Source: Myxococcota bacterium (GTDB lineage: Bacteria > Myxococcota_A > UBA9160 > PR03). Taken from it: a stretch of 64,000 nt of DNA. This document shows positions 57,906 through 64,000 of this stretch, one piece after another (positions within the stretch are counted from its first letter, which is position 1; each line of letters opens with the position of its first letter). The translations under genes and the position numbers were made by a program. Below the pieces are notes generated by a model. It was not told the origin of the DNA. It worked only from the letters and a program-made list of their open reading frames with translations, and did no database searches. The stretch covers positions 145,146 through 209,145 of the forward strand of contig JBDIVR010000002.1 in assembly GCA_039794265.1 (NCBI GenBank). Direction: 5' to 3'.

Positions 57906-60113
57906 TCACGGTCGTCCGGGCGCCGGGGGGGGCTCGGGACCGCCGCGGTCGTCGACCTCGAGATCGAGTGTCTTGCGCTGGTTCTCGGCTTGCTCGAGCG
58001 CACGCTGGCGCTCCTGCTCGATCTCGAGCGCAAGTGCTTGGCGCGTTGCCTCGGTCTGCTCCCGCTCGAGATCGAGACGGGCGCGCTGCAGGTCGACCAG
58101 CTGTTGCTCGAGCAGGCGGTTGCGTGCGGTGACGAGCCCGTCGCGCAAGACCGGATCGGGGCTGCCGGGTGCGTATCGCACCTCGATGCGTTCGGATACC
58201 ACCTGTCCATCGGTCGAGCGCGCGGTCGCCTCGATGACGTTCTTGCCGGCCACCAGTGCGATCAGGGCGCTCCAGCTCCCGTCGCTGTTGGTCGCGGACT
58301 GGGAGGCTTCTGCGCCATTGGTCAAGTTGCGCACCGTCACGCCTTCGAGATTGGCGAAGTCGACCTGGGCGATGACCTCGCCGATGTCCGACGGGTTGCG
58401 CACCGGCGTGAAGGTCCCGCCAGTGATCTCGGCGAGCCGCACGATCGCGAAGGGCCCTTCCAGGGCTTCTTCGCCGAGGCCGAAGCTGAAGACACGGACT
58501 CCGGCCTTGCGTGCGCGTTCCGCCGCGCGCAGCACGGCCTGCGTGTTGGCCTGCGCGTACTCGATTCCGTACGGCAACGTCGGCTGACCGTCGGTCAGGA
58601 ACAGGACGACCTTTTCGCTCTCCGGATCCGCCTTCGAGTAGGCGCCGCGCAGTCCGCGCAGCTCGATCGTGGCCTGATCGACGCCGGCGGCGATATGGGT
58701 CATGCCGTACGGACCCCGTGCGAGGATGCGGTCGAGCCCGCGCTGGACCTCGTCGTAGTCGGCCGTCAGCGGGACTTCGGTGATCGCGGATGCCGAAGCG
58801 CGCCCGAACGAGATGCCCTGGGATGGGGGCTCGCCGGCGAAGCTCGCGACCCCGACGCGCGTGCTGCGGGGATCGAGCCGCTCGATCAGGCGGCGACCAG
58901 CGGCGACCTCTGCGGCGAGGATCGAATCGCCGGCGTCGGTGCTGCCGAGCCCGAGAAAGGCGCCGACGCCGCCGGCGCGGTGCGTTCCGATGACGCCATT
59001 GCCGTTGATGTCGGCTCCGCTCGGCTCGCGGGTCGAGTCCGAGGTGTCGAGTACGAGCAGCACGTCGAGCCGGCGGTACTCGCCGAGCGGCGCGAGCGCC
59101 CGCCCAGCGACGAACGCGCCGAGCGCATCGCCGATGACGGCGCCGTCGCTCGGATGCTCGATCTCGAGCCACAGATCCCCGGTCTTTCGCACCTCCTGCC
59201 GACCGAGGAGCGGTTCCCCGGGTGGCTTCCGCTCGGGCGCCGAGCGCGCGGTCGCGACGCCTCGCGTGGGCGCGGGAGACGCGGCGGTCGGAGCCACGGT
59301 TCGCACAGGCGTGGCGTCTCGGGTCTCGGCCGCCGGGGTTCGGGCTTTCGCGATCGTGGCCGCGTTCGCGGCGGCCTTCGGCGCGACCGGGAAGCTCGCG
59401 AACGGCCGCCCACGGCCATCCTCGAGAGGGCTCTCGGCGGCGGCCAGCACGGCGGCGATCGGGGATGCGCTGATCTGCAGGGTCGTGCCGCTGGGCTGCG
59501 CGGCTTGGACGACCCCGACGACGCGGCCGTCCTGCGAGAGCACGGGGGCTCCCCCCCAACCGCGGAGATCGGACAGTACGTCGAGTTCGACCTCGAGGAG
59601 CTGGTCGTCGCTCTTGCGCACGCGCCCGTGCACATCGTCTTCGTCGCGCGGGACCCGGCTCGGAATCCCGAGGATTGCGACCCGCTCGCCCTTGCGGGGC
59701 GTGTCCCCGGCCTGCAGCACGCGAGCGCCGGCGGGCGGCACGTCGAGCACGAACAGCGCGAGGTCGTCGCGGATCGTGCCGCCGGGCGCCGAGAAGGGGA
59801 GGCCCGGCGGCGCGAGGAATCGCGTGGCGCGGCTCATCGCCCGCTTGCTGTGACCCCTTTCGAACCGCACGAAGCCCGCGGCGGCCAGCGCTGCGCGATC
59901 GAAGTTGTGCGACGCGCCCACGGCCGTCACGCCGGCCGGTGTTTCGAGGAAGAAGACCGTGCCGCCTGTCCGGTCCCCGTCCGGGGCGCGGAAGCGCGCG
60001 CGGGCGACGGCGGCATCCTCCGCCCGTGCGACCGTCGCCAGCATCGGCGACGCCAACGCGACGAACACACAGACGCTCGAGAGGGCCTGCACGAGGCCGG
60101 GGAGATTCCTCAT
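57906..60113 (-). CDS. Secreted multidomain protein: trypsin-like domain (no catalytic Ser) + von Willebrand factor A domain + Ig-like region + C-terminal coiled coil
   Basis: ATG at 60113 gives MRNLPGLVQALSSVCVFVALASPMLATVARA (signal peptide). GASHNF (His) and DDLALFVL (Asp) are present, but GWGGAPV replaces GDSGGP. The VWA MIDAS motif is LVLDTSDSTRE, with FLTDGQPT. The C-terminal heptads are LEREQTEATRQALALEIEQERQRALEQ. Confidence 0.8.
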   Translation of the reverse strand: MRNLPGLVQALSSVCVFVALASPMLATVARAEDAAVARARFRAPDGDRTGGTVFFLETPAGVTAVGASHNFDRAALAAAGFVRFERGHSKRAMSRATRFLAPPGLPFSAPGGTIRDDLALFVLDVPPAGARVLQAGDTPRKGERVAILGIPSRVPRDEDDVHGRVRKSDDQLLEVELDVLSDLRGWGGAPVLSQDGRVVGVVQAAQPSGTTLQISASPIAAVLAAAESPLEDGRGRPFASFPVAPKAAANAATIAKARTPAAETRDATPVRTVAPTAASPAPTRGVATARSAPERKPPGEPLLGRQEVRKTGDLWLEIEHPSDGAVIGDALGAFVAGRALAPLGEYRRLDVLLVLDTSDSTREPSGADINGNGVIGTHRAGGVGAFLGLGSTDAGDSILAAEVAAGRRLIERLDPRSTRVGVASFAGEPPSQGISFGRASASAITEVPLTADYDEVQRGLDRILARGPYGMTHIAAGVDQATIELRGLRGAYSKADPESEKVVLFLTDGQPTLPYGIEYAQANTQAVLRAAERARKAGVRVFSFGLGEEALEGPFAIVRLAEITGGTFTPVRNPSDIGEVIAQVDFANLEGVTVRNLTNGAEASQSATNSDGSWSALIALVAGKNVIEATARSTDGQVVSERIEVRYAPGSPDPVLRDGLVTARNRLLEQQLVDLQRARLDLEREQTEATRQALALEIEQERQRALEQAENQRKTLDLEVDDRGGPEPPPAPGRP

Positions 60114-60167
60114 GCAGCTCGGAGAGTACGAGAGGCTGGCGCGAGTGTCATCGGTCCCGAGACGCGA

Positions 60168-60196
60168 GTTGACCCGACGCTCCGGCCCTCGTAGCT
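60168..60196 (+). promoter_or_regulatory. Candidate sigma70-type promoter for the exonuclease/amidase/rph/rdgB gene string
   Basis: TTGACC (60168-60173), a 17-nt spacer, then TAGCTT (60191-60196), about 50 nt before GTG 60246. Pattern only. Confidence 0.25.
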
Positions 60197-60245
60197 TCGC
60201 CGTTCCCCGCCTTTCGATGCTGCTTTCCTCCTCGGAACCGCCGCC

Positions 60246-61211
60246 GTGCCTGCGTCGCCCGTACTGCCCGACGTCCCGGATGAGGCCGAGGTCTCGAAGG
60301 CTCTCGAGATCGTCGAGCCGATCGTCTCGACTCCGTCCCTCGCTCTCCCGGAGCCCATCCCAGTCGCCGCGCCGTCGCGGCGACGCGCGCTCGATCGGAT
60401 TCGGGCAGATGGCCAGGCGCTGCCGTTGGACGAACTGGCCCGCCGGCTGTTCGCACTGACGTCGCGGCCTGGGCCTCAGCTGGCACGTCGGCTCGTCGCG
60501 CCGGTCCTCGGGCTGCGCGCCGATCTCCTCCCCGAGTGCCTCGACCTCGCCGCCCTGCCGTCGCTCGCCGCGGGCGCGTCCGCGGCGCTGCCGCTCGACC
60601 GCGTCGAGTGGATCGTCGTGGACCTCGAGACGACGGGGCTGTCGGTCGACGCGTGCACGATCCTCGAGATCGGCGCCGTGCGCATCTCGGGCCTCCAGCG
60701 CGTCGACCGCTTCGATACGCTCGTCGATCCCGGGCGGCCGATTCCGTCGCGGATCACGGCGCTGACCGGCATCGACCGGAACCTGATCGACGGCGCGCCG
60801 CCGCTCGAACGCGCGATCCGGGACTTCGCGGACTGGGCCGGCAGCCGACCGTCGACGGTCTTCGTGGCCCACAACGCGCAATTCGACGAGCGCTTCGTGC
60901 GGCGAGCGTTGGCTGCCCACGGGCTTCCGGACTGGGCGGGACCGGTCGTCTGCACACGCAAGCTCGCTCGGCGCTTGCTGCCGGCGCTGCGGCGCTACGA
61001 CCTCGACACGCTCTCGGCACAGTTCGGGATCGCCAACCGCGCCCGCCACCGCGCTCTCGGCGACGCGGAGGCGACAGCCCGCGCGCTCCTCGAGTTGATC
61101 GAGATCGGACGAGCGGAGCGCGCGCTCCGCTCGCTCGGCGATCTGCTCACGTTGCAGGCGTCGCCGGCTTCGGGACGGCGCCGGCGTGCTGCTAGCCTCG
61201 GGCGCGGGTGA
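60246..61211 (+). CDS. DEDDh 3'-5' exonuclease (DnaQ/epsilon-like) with an N-terminal extension of about 125 aa
   Basis: ExoI (VVDLETTGL), ExoII (AHNAQFDERFV) and ExoIII (HRALGDAEATARAL). Confidence 0.85.
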   Translation: MPASPVLPDVPDEAEVSKALEIVEPIVSTPSLALPEPIPVAAPSRRRALDRIRADGQALPLDELARRLFALTSRPGPQLARRLVAPVLGLRADLLPECLDLAALPSLAAGASAALPLDRVEWIVVDLETTGLSVDACTILEIGAVRISGLQRVDRFDTLVDPGRPIPSRITALTGIDRNLIDGAPPLERAIRDFADWAGSRPSTVFVAHNAQFDERFVRRALAAHGLPDWAGPVVCTRKLARRLLPALRRYDLDTLSAQFGIANRARHRALGDAEATARALLELIEIGRAERALRSLGDLLTLQASPASGRRRRAASLGRG

Positions 61212-62104
61212 GGGGGCGGCCAATGGACCCTGCGCGGTGTTCGACAGCCAACGAAGCGAGATCGGACGCGCGCGGGTCTCTGCGCGCGTTTGCAGGGTGC
61301 CTGCTCGCCGTGCTGCTCGTCGGCATCGCTGGGGTGACCGCTGCTGCCGGCTCGTCGCTCGATCGCTTCGACACGATCGTGCTCGATCCTGGTCACGGAG
61401 GGGACGACGAAGGCGCGCGCGGGGCGCACGGGGTCGTCGAGAAGGAGCTGGTGCTCGACGTCGCCAGACGGCTGCGTGATCGGCTGCAGGACGCGGGTCT
61501 CCAGGTGGTCCTCACGCGCGATCGCGACGTCTACGTGCCGCTCGAGCAGCGGACTGCGAGCGCGAACCGCGCGCGTGGGGATCTGTTCCTCTCCATCCAC
61601 GCGAACGCCGCTTCGGAACGTGCGGCCCGCGGCATCGAGACGTTCTTCCTCTCGCTCGAGGCCAGCGACGACGACGCTCGGCAGGTCGCGGCCCGCGAGA
61701 ACGCCGCGTTCCGCGATCTCGCGGTTCCGGTCGTCGCCGGAGACGATCCGCTCGTCGCGATTCTCGGCGATCTCGCCGCTGCCGAGCTCCTCCAGGAGTC
61801 GGACGAATTCGCGCGGCTCGCGCAGCGCGAGGTCGCGGCGCTGAACGGAGCCCCCTCCCGCGGCGTCAAGCAGGCGCCGTTCGTCGTGCTGATGGGCCTC
61901 GAGATGCCGGCCGTGCTGGTCGAGATCGGCTTCGTGACGAATCCGAACGAGGCGCAGGAGCTCGCGACGGAGGGGCAGCGCGATCGCATCGCGCAGGCCC
62001 TCGCCCGGGCCACGCTCGAGTTCCGGCAGCGCTACGATGCGCGCCGAGGCCTCGCGGCGCCGGACCCGGCCGCGCCGGACCACGCGGGAGAAGAGGGCGG
62101 ATGA
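61208..62104 (+). CDS. N-acetylmuramoyl-L-alanine amidase (Amidase_3)
   Basis: [15 protein letters not shown]...[12 protein letters not shown]...LFLSIHANA...[24 protein letters not shown]. The start is GTG 61208 or ATG 61223, and a signal/TM segment follows. Confidence 0.88.
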   Translation: MRGRPMDPARCSTANEARSDARGSLRAFAGCLLAVLLVGIAGVTAAAGSSLDRFDTIVLDPGHGGDDEGARGAHGVVEKELVLDVARRLRDRLQDAGLQVVLTRDRDVYVPLEQRTASANRARGDLFLSIHANAASERAARGIETFFLSLEASDDDARQVAARENAAFRDLAVPVVAGDDPLVAILGDLAAAELLQESDEFARLAQREVAALNGAPSRGVKQAPFVVLMGLEMPAVLVEIGFVTNPNEAQELATEGQRDRIAQALARATLEFRQRYDARRGLAAPDPAAPDHAGEEGG

Positions 62105-62835
62105 AGCGCGGGGATGGGCGTGCCGCGGATGCTCTGCGTCCGGTTCGGATCGAGGTGGACTTCACCGAAAACCCGCTGGCGTCGGTGTTGTTCGAGATGG
62201 GCCGCACGCGCGTGCTGTGCACCGTCAGCGAAGAGCTCACGGTGCCGCGGTTCCTCGCCGGGACCGGCCGGGGCTGGGTGACCGCGGAGTACTCCTTGCT
62301 GCCCGGCTCGACGGATCGGCGCAGCGAACGCGAGGCGACGCGCGGCAAGCTCTCGGGCCGCACGCAGGAGATCCAGCGGCTGATCGGCAGAAGCCTGCGC
62401 GGCGTCGTCGCGCTCGATCGGCTCGGCCCGCGGACGCTCTGGATCGACTGCGACGTGCTGCAGGCCGACGGCGGCACGCGCACGGCCTCTGTCACGGGGG
62501 CCTACACCGCGCTGGCGATCGCCGTCGCGCGACTGCGGGCGCGCGGCGCGATCGACGCCGATCCGCTGCTCGATTCGGTCGCCGCAGTCTCCGTCGGCGT
62601 CGTCGACGGCCAGATCGTCCTGGATCTTCCGTACGAGGAAGACTCGCGCGCCGATGTAGACATGAACGTCGTCGCGACCGGACGCGGGCGCTTCGTCGAG
62701 GTGCAGGGGACGGCCGAGCAGGGGACCTTCTCTCCGGAGCAGCTCGCCGAGCTGACGCGCCTCGCGCTGTCCGGCATCGGGGAACTCACGCGCCACCAGG
62801 CCGACGCGCTGACGCGCGCGCGGCTCGACGTCTGA
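62101..62835 (+). CDS. rph: Ribonuclease PH
   Basis: [37 protein letters not shown]...[15 protein letters not shown]...[18 protein letters not shown]. Confidence 0.96.
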   Translation: MKRGDGRAADALRPVRIEVDFTENPLASVLFEMGRTRVLCTVSEELTVPRFLAGTGRGWVTAEYSLLPGSTDRRSEREATRGKLSGRTQEIQRLIGRSLRGVVALDRLGPRTLWIDCDVLQADGGTRTASVTGAYTALAIAVARLRARGAIDADPLLDSVAAVSVGVVDGQIVLDLPYEEDSRADVDMNVVATGRGRFVEVQGTAEQGTFSPEQLAELTRLALSGIGELTRHQADALTRARLDV

Positions 62836-62851
62836 AGCGAGACGCAGGTCC

Positions 62852-63454
62852 GTGTCGAGCCGGCCTCGGGTCGTGCTGGCGAGCGGCAACCCCGGCAAGA
62901 CCCGCGAAGTCCGCGCGCTGCTCACAGGACTTCCGATCGACATCGTCGGCCTCCACGAGATTCCCGGTCTCGAGCTGCCGGAAGAGGGAGACGATTACGC
63001 CGAGAACGCAGCGGCGAAGGCGGCGGCGGCCGCTCGCAGCTCCGGATGCCTGGCGATCGGCGACGACTCGGGTCTCGAGATCGACGCTCTCGGCGGCGCG
63101 CCCGGGCCGCGCTCTGCGCGCTACGGGGGGCCGGGTCTCGACGACGCCGGCCGCTGCCGGAGACTGCTGGAGGCCCTGCGCTCGGTGCCGGCAGAAGCGC
63201 GCGCGGCCCGCTTCGTGTGCGTCGCGGCGCTGGCGACGCCGGAGGGCGACCTCGTCACCGCACGGGGGGAGTGTTCGGGTGTGCTCCTGCCTGCGCCGCA
63301 GGGCAGGGGGGGATTCGGCTACGACCCGATCTTCGCGCTGACGAGCGACGGGCCGTCGATGGCGGAACTCTCCGCCGACGAGAAGCAACGGATCTCCCAC
63401 CGCGGTCACGCCTTCCGCGCGCTTGCGCACGAGTTGCGCGTGCGGCTGCGCTGA
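62852..63454 (+). CDS. rdgB: dITP/XTP pyrophosphatase (RdgB/HAM1 family)
   Basis: VVLASGNPGKTREV...DDSGLEIDALGGAPGPRSARY...GGFGYDPIF...EKQRISHRGHAFR. Confidence 0.93.
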   Translation: MSSRPRVVLASGNPGKTREVRALLTGLPIDIVGLHEIPGLELPEEGDDYAENAAAKAAAAARSSGCLAIGDDSGLEIDALGGAPGPRSARYGGPGLDDAGRCRRLLEALRSVPAEARAARFVCVAALATPEGDLVTARGECSGVLLPAPQGRGGFGYDPIFALTSDGPSMAELSADEKQRISHRGHAFRALAHELRVRLR

Positions 63455-63502
63455 CGCGCGGCCGACACGCTGGCGCGTCCGAAGCGGTACTCTCCTCGCA
63501 CC

Positions 63503-64000
63503 ATGAAGCTGCCCGACCCGATCGACTGGCTCCCGATCGACTGGATGGGATTCCCGTTGCGTCCATGGAAGCGGTTGTGCCGGGTCCCCTCGGATCTCGC
63601 TGCGGTCACCAGCCGCGCCGACGAGATGCCCCCGCGCGAAGCCGGGCTCTCGCGCGGCGCCGTCGACAGGATCTGGGAGCGCACCCAGGCGCTCTACCGG
63701 ACGGGCCTCTACCCGGCCGTCCAGCTCTGCGTGCGCCGTCACGGTGCGATCGTACTCGACCGCGCGCTCGGTCACGCCGCCGGAAACGGTCCCGCGGATC
63801 CGCCGGACGCGCCGAAGGTCCTGGCCACGACCGATACGCCATTCTGCATCTATTCCGCGTCGAAGGCCGTCACCGCGATGGTGATCCACAAGCTCGACGA
63901 TCTCGGCGCGCTGCACATCGACGATCGCGTCGCGGAGTATCTCCCCGAGTTCGGGAAGGGTGCGCGGTCCCACATCACGGTGGCGAACGTCCTGTGCCAC
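63503..64000 (+). CDS. Beta-lactamase-family serine hydrolase, N-terminal part (runs off the window end)
   Basis: Hand translation from ATG 63503 gives MKLPDPIDW...GLYPAVQLCVRRHGAIVLDRALGHA...TPFCIYSASKAVTAMVIHKL (SxxK motif). The frame is still open at position 64000. Confidence 0.8.
   Translation, partial: MKLPDPIDWLPIDWMGFPLRPWKRLCRVPSDLAAVTSRADEMPPREAGLSRGAVDRIWERTQALYRTGLYPAVQLCVRRHGAIVLDRALGHAAGNGPADPPDAPKVLATTDTPFCIYSASKAVTAMVIHKLDDLGALHIDDRVAEYLPEFGKGARSHITVANVLCH

Overview
Very GC-rich bacterial chromosomal window (GC judged by eye, not computed; phylum not assignable from sequence alone). It is almost entirely core housekeeping genes, tightly packed, with many overlapping stop/start codons (ATGA, GTGA). 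I saw no rRNA, tRNA, CRISPR array, transposase, integrase or phage genes.

Layout:
- 1-17.4 kb: one contiguous str/S10/spc/alpha ribosomal supercluster: rpsG(partial)-fusA-tuf-rpsJ-rplD-rplW-rplB-rpsS-rplV-rpsC-rplP-rpmC-rpsQ-rplN-rplE-rpsH-rplF-rplR-rpsE-rpmD-rplO-secY-adk-map-rpmJ-rpsM-rpsK-rpsD-rpoA-rplQ.
- 17.4-25.2 kb: TlpA-like thioredoxin, FtsB-like protein, argS, a SPOR protein, rfbD, a UDP-glucuronate decarboxylase-like gene, lepA and lepB.
- 25.3-35.3 kb: pyrR-pyrB-pyrC-carA-carB, then recG.
- 35.5-51.3 kb: an SDR oxidoreductase, an HTH/Zn-ribbon protein, hppA, an APC permease, aminotransferase-hom-thrC-ribE, a double glutaredoxin-like protein, mgtE, a KH protein and an acyl-CoA synthetase.
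- 51.3-64 kb: two micro-ORFs, rpoZ, a pilT-like ATPase plus a GAF kinase-like gene, a small block of secreted/lipoprotein genes, a DEDDh exonuclease, an amidase, rph, rdgB and a partial beta-lactamase-family hydrolase.

Most notable observations:
1. The universally conserved slots for uL3 (rplC), uL24 (rplX) and uS14 (rpsN) in the ribosomal cluster are empty, with seamless junctions.
2. A 38-bp x3.2 tandem repeat fills the tuf-rpsJ spacer.
3. A perfect 24-bp inverted repeat fused to a 14-bp x10 C5/G5 tandem array lies between recG and the convergent SDR gene.
4. A GAF-HisKA-HATPase protein has Arg in place of the phospho-acceptor His. It sits 9 nt downstream of the PilT-family ATPase gene.
5. 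A 29-codon ORF matches the bS22 ribosomal micro-protein family and is too short for the supplied ORF track.
6. A secreted VWA protein carries an N-terminal trypsin-like domain that lacks the catalytic Ser.

I found no clear-cut novel multi-gene system. The candidates above are leads, not demonstrations.
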